DNA from: Candidatus Zhuqueibacterota bacterium
Lineage (GTDB): Bacteria > Zhuqueibacterota > Zhuqueibacteria > Residuimicrobiales > Krinioviventaceae
Assembly (NCBI GenBank): GCA_016934825.1
Contig: JAFGSB010000071.1
Coordinates: 23,349 to 87,348 of the forward strand
Length of the DNA: 64,000 bases
Direction: 5' to 3'
Below are positions 1 through 9,812 of the stretch, piece by piece; positions within the stretch are counted from its first letter, which is position 1, and each line of letters begins with the position of its first letter. Under the pieces are notes generated by a model. It worked only from the letters and a program-made list of their open reading frames with translations, was not told the DNA's origin and ran no database searches. A program made the translations under genes and the position numbers.

Positions 1-834
1 CGGAATGTCTATAACTATGAGAATTTTGACAGCATCGCGGACAATAAGGATATCGATATAATATATGTTGTGCTGCCGAATTCGATGCACAAAGAATACA
101 CCATTCGTGCGGCTAGGGCGGGTAAGCATGTGCTGTGTGAAAAACCGATGGCGGTGTATGCCGCCGATTGTGAAGAAATGATTAAAGCCTGCAAGGACAA
201 CAATGTCAGGCTCTCCATCGGTTACCGAATGCAGTTCGAGCCGCATACACAGGAAGTGATGCGTTACGGCAGGGAAAAAGTATTTGGCGACATAAAGTAC
301 GTTACCGCGTCGGCCGGATTTATAAATCAGTCCCCCAAAACCCACTGGAAGCTGCAAAAAGCATACGGCGGCGGCGTGTTAATGGATATGGGCGTGTACA
401 GCATCCAGGGCGCGCGCTACACAATCGGAGAGGAACCGGTATCGGTGACCGCGCAGCAGTACAAAACCGATCCGGAAAGGTACAGCGAGGTGGATGAGAT
501 CGTGACCATGCAGCTAACATTCCCCGGCGGGGCGATTGCCAACCTGATGACCTCATTCAATGTCAGCACCAATATGCTTTATGCGGCAGCCGAACGGGGA
601 TGGTTTGACATGAATCCGTTCAGCAGTTATCGCGGCATCAAATTGCGAACAAACAATGGTCCTGTTGAACTGGCAGACATAAACCAGCAGGCAAGACAAA
701 TGGATGAAGTAGCGTGGTGTATTGTCAATAATCTGCCCATGCGGGTTCCGGGAGAAGAAGGATTACGGGATTTAAAAGTAGTGGAAGCGGCCAGGAAAGC
801 ATTGGCTTCGGGAAAGAAAGAAAATATTATCTGA
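1..834 (+). CDS. Gfo/Idh/MocA family NAD(P)-dependent oxidoreductase (5' end truncated by window edge)
   Basis: The reading frame is open from nt 1, so the listed ORF at 70 is an internal Met. The segment ENFDSIADNKDIDIIYVVLPNSMH...[10 protein letters not shown] is the typical Gfo/Idh/MocA N-terminal Rossmann region, followed by the C-terminal alpha/beta domain. Confidence 0.8.
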   Translation, partial: RNVYNYENFDSIADNKDIDIIYVVLPNSMHKEYTIRAARAGKHVLCEKPMAVYAADCEEMIKACKDNNVRLSIGYRMQFEPHTQEVMRYGREKVFGDIKYVTASAGFINQSPKTHWKLQKAYGGGVLMDMGVYSIQGARYTIGEEPVSVTAQQYKTDPERYSEVDEIVTMQLTFPGGAIANLMTSFNVSTNMLYAAAERGWFDMNPFSSYRGIKLRTNNGPVELADINQQARQMDEVAWCIVNNLPMRVPGEEGLRDLKVVEAARKALASGKKENII

Positions 835-856
835 CAACCGGTAACAACGATCTGGT

Positions 857-2857
857 TCAGTTTTTAAAGGTGATGTTAAAAGCCGTGCCTTTATCGCGCT
901 CAATTGTCACACTGCCGTCTATCTGTTGGGTCAGAATGCGGATCAGTTGCAGACCGAGGGAATTGGTCTCCCGAATGTTTATGTTTTTCGGGATACCAAT
1001 TCCATTATCTTTTATATTTAATTCATACCATTGATTCCGCAAGCGGGTGAAAGAAATGACTATATTGCCTTTTCTGCCATTCGGAAACGCGTGTTTTAAG
1101 GAATTGGTTAAAATTTCATTAATGATCAACCCGCAGGGGATAGCTTTATCAATACTTATGGAAATATCATCAATTTGTAAATCTATTGATACAAGACTGC
1201 TGGTCTTATAAACAATGTACAGTTCCCTGATCATGGATTCAATATAACCTTTAAAATGAATTTCAGAAAAATCAGCCGTTTGATACAATTTTTCATGAAC
1301 CAGCGCCATGGCATAAATGCGATTTTTACTTTCCTGGTATGCTTTAAGGGTTTGTTCATCCTGAATACGGGATGCCTGCAGATTCAGTAAACTGATAATG
1401 ATCTGAAGATTGTTTTTGACCCGGTGATGTATCTCTTTTAATAATAGTTCTTTTTCCCGGAGTGACTTTAGTACTTTGTTTTCCGCCTGTTTCCTGCTGG
1501 TAATGTCACGAATAATATCACGAGAGCCCACGATTTGATCATTTTTATCATAGATCAGGTTGGCATTAACGTGGATATACTTCAAGTCTCCGTTTCGGGT
1601 AATAATCCGGCTTTCATAATCCTGATAAGATCCCTCATTATACAATTTTTCAAAAAATTCGGATGATTTCTCCCTGTCATCGGGATGCACCAGTTCCATG
1701 ACCTGTTTTTTCATTAATTCAGCCCTGCTGTAACCGGTCAGTGTTTCAGTCGCTTTATTTATATCAATAAAATTTCCGTTTTTATTCACGATACAAATAG
1801 CATCAATGCTTTTTTCAAACAGATCGCGGTATTTTTCTTCACTTTTTTTTAAGGCATCCTCCGCAAGTTTGCGCTCCGTAATATCGATAGACATTCCGAT
1901 CACGCCAATGATTTCATTGTCGGCGTTTTTATAGGGTGAATAAAAAGTATCAAAGTACATATCCCCTACTTTGATCTCTTTGGTGTGAAAAGTTCCTGCA
2001 AGCGCTTTTTTAATTCCGTTTTTGATTTTTGGGTAATCTTTATATAAATCAAAAGCCGACAGGCCGACCACCTGCCCCGGTTTCAGCCCAAGAGCGGTTA
2101 ATCCTCTACCCTCGGATAAAAGGAATGTCCCTTCTCGATCTACAACAAAAATGACGGCCTGTGCATTGGAAACAATTGTTCGAAATTTTTCCTCACTGTC
2201 CCTTAATGCTTCTTCCGCTTTTTTCCGCTCGGTAATATCTTCTATATCGCCAATAAGAAATAAGGGACTGGCTTTTGTATCTCTTTTGATAACAATATTC
2301 AGATTCACCCATATCACTTGACCTTTTTTATGGATGATTTTTTGGATTGTGTTGGTAGAATTTTTGTCGGAGATTAATAGACGGGTTACTTTTTCAGACG
2401 ATGGTTTCAGAAACTCGTGATGAATAATGTCCTGCCATGACATTGTTATGAGTTCTTTTTCCGTATAACCGGTCATGGTACAGAAAGATTGGTTGACTTT
2501 GATAAAACGTCCCTCAATATTTGCAATTGCCCTGCCGATGTTGGCGTTGTCAAACATGAGTTGGAACAAGTTTTGACTTTGATTAAATTCTTCCTGTGTA
2601 TACTGGTGTTTAATATAAATTTGTCCGAAAAGGAATCCTAATATACTTCCGATCAGTCCGATTATCAGGGGACCGATATGATGGTGTATCTCACTTAACG
2701 AGGACGCTATTCCGGTACCCTGTACAAAATCATCCATCGTTGCACCGACAAGAGGTAAAAAATAACCAAGAATAAATCCAAGGGAAACAAGTTTTACAAT
2801 TATTGGCGTTGTTTTGAAAGGAGAAATTTTTTGTTTTGAAAATTTTTTCATAAACAT
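857..2857 (-). CDS. Membrane-anchored multi-PAS sensor histidine kinase (HisKA_2/HWE-type, HHRVKNNLQ H-box)
   Basis: N-terminal transmembrane segments, three PAS-like blocks, an H-box (EIHHRVKNNLQIIISLLNLQ) typical of HisKA_2, and C-terminal HATPase motifs (DNGIGIP). Confidence 0.85.
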   Translation of the reverse strand: MFMKKFSKQKISPFKTTPIIVKLVSLGFILGYFLPLVGATMDDFVQGTGIASSLSEIHHHIGPLIIGLIGSILGFLFGQIYIKHQYTQEEFNQSQNLFQLMFDNANIGRAIANIEGRFIKVNQSFCTMTGYTEKELITMSWQDIIHHEFLKPSSEKVTRLLISDKNSTNTIQKIIHKKGQVIWVNLNIVIKRDTKASPLFLIGDIEDITERKKAEEALRDSEEKFRTIVSNAQAVIFVVDREGTFLLSEGRGLTALGLKPGQVVGLSAFDLYKDYPKIKNGIKKALAGTFHTKEIKVGDMYFDTFYSPYKNADNEIIGVIGMSIDITERKLAEDALKKSEEKYRDLFEKSIDAICIVNKNGNFIDINKATETLTGYSRAELMKKQVMELVHPDDREKSSEFFEKLYNEGSYQDYESRIITRNGDLKYIHVNANLIYDKNDQIVGSRDIIRDITSRKQAENKVLKSLREKELLLKEIHHRVKNNLQIIISLLNLQASRIQDEQTLKAYQESKNRIYAMALVHEKLYQTADFSEIHFKGYIESMIRELYIVYKTSSLVSIDLQIDDISISIDKAIPCGLIINEILTNSLKHAFPNGRKGNIVISFTRLRNQWYELNIKDNGIGIPKNINIRETNSLGLQLIRILTQQIDGSVTIERDKGTAFNITFKN

Positions 2858-3180
2858 TTTTATTTTAGAATTCGGGAAATATGTTATGATATTGTGAATC
2901 AGAAATTATGCTGATATCCTGAGTTGTTAATAATTTAAACAATTGAAAATTAAAATATAATCCATTTTATTATTATTAACAATTTTTTGATTGATTCCCG
3001 TCAATTTCAGTAGTAATCATACTTTAACGCCCTTTTATAGAACCGGTTACTTTTAAATATTATGCTTTACAAAACATCAATCGGGTTTTTCAATCAGGGT
3101 TAGTTACCAACGGGTATGGAATTGAGAGAATAATATTAACCGCGGATCAACGCGGATGCGCAACTTTAATTCTCTGGTGT

Positions 3181-3200
3181 GCATCGCTTTTAAGCGATGC
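3181..3200. repeat. Hairpin module H variant (GCATCGCttttaaGCGATGC)
   Basis: Perfect 7-8 bp inverted repeat. Same GCATCGC/GCGATGC arms as the copies at 3338 and 32575. Confidence 0.6.
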
Positions 3201-3337
3201 ATAATGTCCTTTCGACCGCAGGAAGAAATCTTTGTTTGCTTTACATAACCGTTGTTATTTCAATGAATTAGATTTCTCTTTGCTTCGTTCATCGAAATGA
3301 CAGAGTGGCGACGACGGCCTGTACAACGCCACGGTAT

Positions 3338-3418
3338 GCATCACCTTTATGCGATGCGTACCTCTGTAACCGTCCATAAAAAAACGGCTCACCGGAACGA
3401 CGCCCCGGGGCGTGGGCT
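3338..3418. repeat. Composite intergenic repeat: hairpin H (GCATCACctttatGCGATGC, 3338-3357) plus palindrome P (GACGCCCCGGGGCGTGGGCT, 3399-3418)
   Basis: The same two modules recur at 32575-32647 in inverted orientation, with one mismatch each. P also recurs at 6122-6141 (ACGACGCCCCGGGGCGTGGGCT identical). Confidence 0.7.
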
Positions 3419-3487
3419 GCAAGTTCCGAAAGGGCTCCCGCCCTTTCGGTATAAAAGGATACAAATTAATATTGTAGTAAACGAATA

Positions 3488-3650
3488 GCGCGGAGGCCGG
3501 AGCCTCTGCGCAACAAAATCCCTCTGCCTCACAGCCTATCCGCCCTAACAGGCCGCTTCGCCGTTATCTGCCGCCGCCAGTCTTCTTTTTTCAATTCCCC
3601 GTAATCATCCGACCCCGTGGAAATAACCACTTTTGCCGCTTCCGGCTTGC
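3488..3650. repeat. Composite intergenic repeat: GCGCGGAGG-N6-CCTCTGCGCAAC hairpin (3488-3514) plus a roughly 130-bp unit (CTCTGCCTCACAGCC...CCGCCGCCGCCAGT...GTGGAAATAA...TTTGCCGCTTCCGG)
   Basis: About 85% identical to 5955-6085 by eye. The hairpin module recurs at 6154-6181 and 6265-6291. Confidence 0.75.
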
Positions 3651-3983
3651 CGTTTTACCCTCGCTCCTATTCCCCGTCTTTGGAGATGGACCCTGGTTTC
3701 GGAAAGATTTTCTGTTGTTTCACTCCTCGAAATGACAAAAACAGTACCAAAAGAAATTGTTCGAAACAGGAACTTAACGAAACGAAGATTGTATCAGGGG
3801 GAAAATATTTTAGTTGACATTGTGAGAGTTATAAATTATTTTAAAATATAATTATCTACACACATTCTTTCTAAGCAAAATCCATTGACCGAATCCACCA
3901 CGAAAAATTGACATTCATATGTGAATGCGAATATTACCTTCAGGCGAAGTGTATTAATATTCATAAATCAATATGGAGGATAT

Positions 3984-5312
3984 ATGTCAATGCAAAAGTT
4001 TTTTATGGGGATTGCATTATCTCTATTGATTATTAATCTCAACCTGTTTTCACAGATTGTTTTGGAAGGCGATGTTACATCCGCGGGAATGGACCAGGAA
4101 CCTGTACAAAATGCACTGGTTGAGTTAATAGATCAGGATGACACCACTCGTGTATTCAGCAGCACTACCGATGAACAGGGTCATTATTCTATACAGATCA
4201 CTGAAACCGCTGTCGGGGATGCTTCAGTTCAGAAACCGGGAGCTTTTAAATTATTACAAAATTATCCCAATCCGTTTAATCCATCTACTGTTATTAGCTA
4301 TGAATGTCCACACCCAGCACATATCCGTATTGAAATATATAATGTTCTGGGACAAAAAATAAAAACGCTGTTCGACGGTTTTCAATCCGATCCGTTTGGC
4401 CGGGTCGTCTGGGACGGGACGAATGATCATGGACAGGGTGTTTCAGCGGGTGTTTATATCTACTCATTGAAAACAGTAGGTATCAGGATCAACAAAAAAA
4501 TGTTGCTGTTCGATGGGCACACCGGCATTTCAAATTTTGCGTATTCAAACACAATGGGGGGTATTTTGTCCAATAAAAATGTTTTGAATAAACCATTGTC
4601 AAACATTTTTCTGTTGCGTGTTACGGGCACTGATATAGAAACCTGGGAGTTGCAGGATCTACAAATTACTAAAAATATGGTTCTCAATGTTTCAGTTTAT
4701 TTTTCAATGACAGATATTGATGGTAATGTCTATCCTATTGTAAAAATAGGCAATCAATGGTGGATGGCGGATAACCTGAAAGTAACGCAATACCGTAATG
4801 GCGATGCCATACCCCATGTAACAGATAATACTGAATGGAGAGAACTGTTTACCGGCGCGTATTGTTATTATGATAACGATATCAGTAACGCCGAGGTTTA
4901 TGGGGCTTTGTACAACTGGTACGTGGTAAATGACAGTAGAAATATTGCACCAGAAGGATGGCATGTGCCAAGCGCAGAAGAGTGGCTAACATTAGCAGAT
5001 TATCTTGGTGGAGCAGATGTAGCTGGTGGTAAGCTAAAAGAAACCGGCACAACGCATTGGACAAGCCCTAACGAAGCAGCAACCAATGAAAGTGGCTTTA
5101 CAGCCCTTCCGGGTGGTTGTCGTAGATACAGTGGGGGTTTCTACGAGATAGGTAATAGTAGTTACTGGTGGAGTTCTACTAGTTACTATAATCCCATTTT
5201 TTCCACTAATAATGCCTTGATCCGATACATTTTCTACAATCATAGCAATTTTATCCCCTACAACGAAAGGCAGGAGTATGGTTATTCTGTCCGTTGTTTA
5301 AAGGACAATTAA
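3984..5312 (+). CDS. Secreted protein with CarboxypepD_reg-like N-terminus, an INTERNAL Por/T9SS sorting-domain-like segment, and a C-terminal Fibrobacter succinogenes major paralogous (FISUMP) domain
   Basis: Signal peptide begins at MSMQKFFMGIALSLL, with GGAGGA 3 nt upstream of the ATG at 3984 (the ORF track starts at 3921). NYPNPFNPST...IYNVLGQKIKTL...GVYIYSL...INKKMLL spans roughly nt 4254-4510. The FISUMP signature follows: VKIGNQWWMADNLKVTQYRNGDAI...GYSVRCLKDN. Confidence 0.7.
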   Translation: MSMQKFFMGIALSLLIINLNLFSQIVLEGDVTSAGMDQEPVQNALVELIDQDDTTRVFSSTTDEQGHYSIQITETAVGDASVQKPGAFKLLQNYPNPFNPSTVISYECPHPAHIRIEIYNVLGQKIKTLFDGFQSDPFGRVVWDGTNDHGQGVSAGVYIYSLKTVGIRINKKMLLFDGHTGISNFAYSNTMGGILSNKNVLNKPLSNIFLLRVTGTDIETWELQDLQITKNMVLNVSVYFSMTDIDGNVYPIVKIGNQWWMADNLKVTQYRNGDAIPHVTDNTEWRELFTGAYCYYDNDISNAEVYGALYNWYVVNDSRNIAPEGWHVPSAEEWLTLADYLGGADVAGGKLKETGTTHWTSPNEAATNESGFTALPGGCRRYSGGFYEIGNSSYWWSSTSYYNPIFSTNNALIRYIFYNHSNFIPYNERQEYGYSVRCLKDN

Positions 5313-5354
5313 TCAGGTAAAAAGACACTTTAACTGATAAAGAATTAGGGTTTT

Positions 5355-5759
5355 ATGAAAAACAAAACAAAATCATCAGTAATATTTCTATTAACCTTTT
5401 GCTTATTTACAATATCCAGCGCCGATATCGGAATTGGCATTTCCGTTGTTGGGACAATAAGTTCAATTACCGATATTGAAGATGAAAATACAACACCTGT
5501 TGGATATTACATGAATCAGAATTATCCAAATTTGTTCAATCCTGTTACAACAATTTTCTTCGGTTTAGAAAGATCATCATTTATTAATTTGAAAGTTTAT
5601 AATTCACTTGGACAGAAAGTAGCAGCATTAATCAATAATAAAATGAATCCTGGCAGTTATAAAGTAAAATTTAACGCATCGAATTTATCCAACGGGATTT
5701 ATTATTACAAAATCCAGGCTGGTGAATTTCATTCAGTTAAGATGTTGTTATTACAATAA
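5355..5759 (+). CDS. Small secreted protein consisting essentially of a signal peptide plus a T9SS C-terminal sorting domain
   Basis: 134 aa. Signal peptide, then NQNYPNLFNPVTT...VYNSLGQKVAAL...GIYYYKIQAGEFHSVKMLLLQ*. Confidence 0.6.
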   Translation: MKNKTKSSVIFLLTFCLFTISSADIGIGISVVGTISSITDIEDENTTPVGYYMNQNYPNLFNPVTTIFFGLERSSFINLKVYNSLGQKVAALINNKMNPGSYKVKFNASNLSNGIYYYKIQAGEFHSVKMLLLQ

Positions 5760-5954
5760 GGTTCGGTCCGCCTCATAACCAGTCATTGCACTAAACCGCT
5801 TTAAATTTATGTTTTTTTTCGGAGTTTGATGCTGTAAAAATGTTTAATTAGTTGTTTCGTTTTTTTATTTCGGCGGCGGGTGAATATTAACCGTTAGGTG
5901 AATTCTTAGAAAAGTTGTAACGCAATTGCCTGCGAAACTCTGTTTCGTATAAAT

Positions 5955-6291
5955 CTCTCTGCCTCACAGCCCATCCGCCCCAACAGGCCACCGCGCCCTG
6001 ATCCGCCGCCGCCAGTTTGCTTTCTTTAACTCCCCGGAATCATCCGTCCCAGTGGAAATAATCACCTTTGCCGCTTTCGGCGCAGGTAACCATTCGTGAA
6101 GTTTAAGCTTTATCGCCTGACGACGCCCCGGGGCGTGGGCTCATTACAATTGGCGCAGAGGCATGAGCCTCTGCGCAACCATAATTGTTGAAACCGGTTA
6201 TTACCAAAACAGAGTTTTGGCGGCAGGTGCGTTGCGAATCAGAGATTCGCAACGAGAGGGATAGCGCGGAGGCGAGAACCTCTGCGCAACC
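5955..6291. repeat. Second copy of the composite intergenic repeat set: 130-bp unit (5955-6085), P palindrome (6122-6141), two GCGC(A/G)GAGG-N6-CCTCTGCGCAACC hairpins (6154-6181, 6265-6291) and an extra hairpin GCGTTGCGAATCagagATTCGCAACG (6228-6253)
   Basis: Direct comparison with 3338-3650. Shared modules lie in the same orientation on the other side of the two-gene cassette at 3984-5759. Confidence 0.75.
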
Positions 6292-6332
6292 ATAACTGAT
6301 AAATTGATTTACTCATTACTATCCCCAAAAGA

Positions 6333-6800
6333 TCATTCCGTTACGACATAAGCGTATAACAACTGGTCGATAATTTTGCCGTCCTTGATGGCGCTGCGCC
6401 GCGTGCGTCCCTCAAGAACATAACCGGCCTTTTCCAGTACGCGGCAGGAAGCCGGGTTCCATTCGAACGGCAGGGCGTATACCCGCGTCAGTTTATGACG
6501 TTTTATTGCATATCGAGTAACCGCTTTTAACGCCTCCGTGGTGATCCCCTGTCCCCAGAACTCTTCGCCCAGCCAGTAACCGATCTCCGCGGAAATCCGT
6601 TCCACATCGTCATGCAGTGTAAATCCGATACTGCCGACGGCTTTGCTGTTGACTTCGATGGCGAAAAAGGTCTCGGGTTTTCGGGCTTTTGCCATTTTAA
6701 TAAAAATTTCGCCGTCCTTGTACAAATAGGGATGCGGGAACCCGTCCCGGAGATTGATCCAGATATTGCGGTTGTCCGCGTGGTATACAATTGACTCCAC
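6333..6800 (-). CDS. GNAT family N-acetyltransferase (RimJ/RimL-like)
   Basis: 155 aa with GNAT motif A (GYWLGEEFWGQGITTEALKAVTRYAI). Confidence 0.75.
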   Translation of the reverse strand: MESIVYHADNRNIWINLRDGFPHPYLYKDGEIFIKMAKARKPETFFAIEVNSKAVGSIGFTLHDDVERISAEIGYWLGEEFWGQGITTEALKAVTRYAIKRHKLTRVYALPFEWNPASCRVLEKAGYVLEGRTRRSAIKDGKIIDQLLYAYVVTE

Positions 6801-6887
6801 GTCTTTAAAAGACCATGAACGGACTTTGCATTTTGTGAGCCTGAGTTCTATATTTCGATACTCCTGTTTATGCTTGTGACTGATTTT

Positions 6888-9464
6888 TTATATTTCCACT
6901 TCTTTTCCTGAAACAATAACATGTTTCACGTCAAGATCGCCCATTTTCATGTCGAAAAAGGGAGAACCGTTTTTCAAGCCGACCGTGCCGAATCCCGTTT
7001 CGGCCGATAAAAAGCTGGTAAAATTACCGCCGATTTTGGAATCGATGTACAGCGTCTTATCCACTGCATCGTAACGGACACCGGTCAGTCCCTGTAAAAG
7101 GCCGTAACTGGACATGGCGCGGGCGTACCAGTGACCGCATTCATATTCGTTGAACGGATTTCGTAACCTGCCGTCGTACCGGTTACGACAGAGGCGCACG
7201 ATCTCCAGACCGTTTTCGACCTCTCCCTCAAACATCAAATGCGAGGCAACCTGGTATTCGATGCCGGTCCAGACCTCGTTGCTGTAAACAAACGGAAATG
7301 TCAGCGCCCCGCCTTTCGGCCAGGTGCATAATAAAAGTCCGCCGTCTTTTCCCAGCGCATAGGAAGGCCGCTGCGGATTGGCATGATCCAGAAGGTTTTG
7401 TTTCAGATTGTACTTATGCACGGCGTTAAGATGACTTTTTACTTTATCCGTATCGATAATGGGTTCCTCCAGGCCGCATACCCGTGCGATCCAGATACCC
7501 AGTACGCCATCGGACAGACAGCCGGTCCCGTACTGGTATTTCGGGCCCTCTTTTTTGAGGATTTCCAGGGCTTCCGGGGAATAGTTTATATTCCACATTC
7601 CGGTTGCCGCCTCGACCGGATTGGGTGCTTCCAATCCTTCCCATTGGATCTTTTGAATAAAATATTCACCATCATAAAGGTCCTTTTCCATAAACTCCCT
7701 GCCTTTGGCGAGCAATTCTTCATATCTGGAAATATCATCTCCAAGTGATTTTCCCATTTTAATGGCGGCGGTCAAAGCTCCCAGGTAAAAACTGGTACAA
7801 TGGCCGTCCGGCCCCCAGTATTCGATGTCGTAAGTATTATGATGGGGTTCTTCCAATATGCCTTTGTCCTTCGGGTCCCAGGTTTCGATACAAAAATCGA
7901 GACTCTGCCGAACTTTGGGCCATAAAGATTTGAGCCATTCCGTATCGCCGGAAATGCGCCATTCGCGGTATACTTTTATGATACCGCCAAGCTGACCGTC
8001 GGCGGCGGAGTGAAACGTGTGCGTCACGGGCCGGATTGGCAGATTGGAACGAAACGTCTGATGTCCCCGCTCGTCCTGGGAAACATAAAACTCGGTTTCA
8101 CGCAGGGTCCGTTCTAGCGCCGGGAACAGGTGCGGAATGGCCTGGGCGTAATTCCATACATGCGTACAGGACCCGTGACAGCAGCCGGAATTATCCGTGC
8201 AGCCCTCAAAACACCAGAGACGGCCGTCAGTCTGCCTGAGCACGGTCGGCGATTTTAAAATGGTCAGATTTGCGGCGACAGCTTCGATCACTTCATCCGG
8301 CAGAGTTGTATTGTAAAACGTGTCCCGGAATAAAGCGCTGTTTTTGCGTAAATCATCATAATGCAGGCGCCAGTATTTTGCCACTTCTTTGACGTCTTTA
8401 AATCTCCCCGCGTACCACGGCTTGAACGTTTCGGATGTGACACAGCAATACGGGTCAGAGGGATCGCATACCGGCGGATTTTCCGGGTCGCTGCCGAGCC
8501 GGGTGTCCGTATTGGGGACGTACCAGGCAAACATGACTTTGATGGTTTTTTCTTCACCCGGTTTTAATGAGAACGGAACATAAAGCGAAGCGCCCGGCGC
8601 TTTATCTTTTACCGGATCATTGGTAACGATCTTGCCCTCCGCAATATTTTTCCAGGCCATGGTCAGCGGATCGAACCAACCGCCCCTGAACCAGCAAAAA
8701 TCGACGGTAACATTCGGGTCGTCTACAAATATGGCACAGGAGCCTTCGTATTGCGGATTCTCTTCAGAACCGGGCTGATAAAGGATAAAACCGTTCTGGA
8801 TGGGTAAAATTGTATCGGCTTCATTTTGCCGGGTATCCCCCCGGGATTGTCGTGTTAAGGACATAAAATTTTTACTGTTATAAGAAAAGACAGCTTCACG
8901 GGGAGTACTGCCCGAATTACTGAACCGGTATTCTATCGATCCGACCGGTAAACTGGAATTGTCCGCGTCATTCGGAATAAAAGGGCTCCAGCCGGTGATC
9001 TCAACATTCAGAGGGATCTCTTTATCCTCCAGTTCGATCTCGGCGAACGGAAACCGGGCCAGGAATGTTGCGGAACGGAAACGCGGCAGTCCGTAACCGG
9101 TGTTGCCCGATCCGTTACCTGAACCGGGCTGGCCGAAATATTTCCAGTCCGGCAGCGGCCCTTCGATGACTCTGGCAATATTTTTTTCACCTTTTATGCA
9201 AATCGCGGCAAAGGAAAGCGGCTCGTTATAAACATCGGGTCTGTTTCGCAGGGAAAGGTGTGATATGGCGCCGCTGCCTTCGAGACAGAACATACCCGCG
9301 CCGATGCCGCCAACCGGAAATGCAACCCGGCTCAGATATTGTCCGCTATAGGATCCGTTATATTCTCTCTCCGGCGAGATGTTGTTTACATTTGAACAAC
9401 CAAACACGGCCAAAAAAACGAAAAGTACAAAACAGAACAAATGTCTGGAAAATTTTTGTCTCAT
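6888..9464 (-). CDS. GH116 family glycoside hydrolase (GBA2-type beta-glucosidase/glucosylceramidase-like), lipoprotein
   Basis: GH116 N-terminal signature VAFPVGGIGAGMFCLEGSGAISHL and a C-terminal (alpha/alpha)6 DUF608-type domain. Start set at MRQKFSRHLFCFVLFVFLAVFGCS (lipobox), with GGAGAA 8 nt upstream. Confidence 0.75.
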   Translation of the reverse strand: MRQKFSRHLFCFVLFVFLAVFGCSNVNNISPEREYNGSYSGQYLSRVAFPVGGIGAGMFCLEGSGAISHLSLRNRPDVYNEPLSFAAICIKGEKNIARVIEGPLPDWKYFGQPGSGNGSGNTGYGLPRFRSATFLARFPFAEIELEDKEIPLNVEITGWSPFIPNDADNSSLPVGSIEYRFSNSGSTPREAVFSYNSKNFMSLTRQSRGDTRQNEADTILPIQNGFILYQPGSEENPQYEGSCAIFVDDPNVTVDFCWFRGGWFDPLTMAWKNIAEGKIVTNDPVKDKAPGASLYVPFSLKPGEEKTIKVMFAWYVPNTDTRLGSDPENPPVCDPSDPYCCVTSETFKPWYAGRFKDVKEVAKYWRLHYDDLRKNSALFRDTFYNTTLPDEVIEAVAANLTILKSPTVLRQTDGRLWCFEGCTDNSGCCHGSCTHVWNYAQAIPHLFPALERTLRETEFYVSQDERGHQTFRSNLPIRPVTHTFHSAADGQLGGIIKVYREWRISGDTEWLKSLWPKVRQSLDFCIETWDPKDKGILEEPHHNTYDIEYWGPDGHCTSFYLGALTAAIKMGKSLGDDISRYEELLAKGREFMEKDLYDGEYFIQKIQWEGLEAPNPVEAATGMWNINYSPEALEILKKEGPKYQYGTGCLSDGVLGIWIARVCGLEEPIIDTDKVKSHLNAVHKYNLKQNLLDHANPQRPSYALGKDGGLLLCTWPKGGALTFPFVYSNEVWTGIEYQVASHLMFEGEVENGLEIVRLCRNRYDGRLRNPFNEYECGHWYARAMSSYGLLQGLTGVRYDAVDKTLYIDSKIGGNFTSFLSAETGFGTVGLKNGSPFFDMKMGDLDVKHVIVSGKEVEI

Positions 9465-9812
9465 ATTAATTCTCCTTTGTTCGTAAAAAAATAAATACAT
9501 TTCGAAACCCAAATTTGACAGCTCTTTCCAGAATTGTACCTGATGGAAGATTAATTACAAAATTGATGTCAGGTTTGAATATAACAAAATATATTGACAA
9601 ATCAATAATTTTAGTGTTTTTTCATTATTGAATGAATTAAATCCATATATATAATTGAATTGTATCTTTATCAGTTATTTTATCAAATAATCTTGCATTA
9701 TTGCTTTGTTCATTTTATCTTTAATTGGGTTTGCCGGATTGTAATAAATTTCCGAAAGGTATTGTATATATATCAAACAGTTTAACAAATAAAACATTAT
9801 TCGGAGGGTAAC

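Noticed and set aside
3255-3851. Short ORFs 3255-3464(-), 3297-3488(+), 3617-3817(+) and 3633-3851(+)
   Set aside because: They lie entirely inside the composite repeat region. They have no RBS, are basic or low-complexity, and overlap each other. They are most likely non-coding.
6801-6887. Palindrome GTCTTTaAAAGAC between the GH116 and GNAT genes
   Set aside because: The central loop of 1 nt cannot form an RNA hairpin and the sequence is AT-rich enough to occur by chance. Not reported as a feature.
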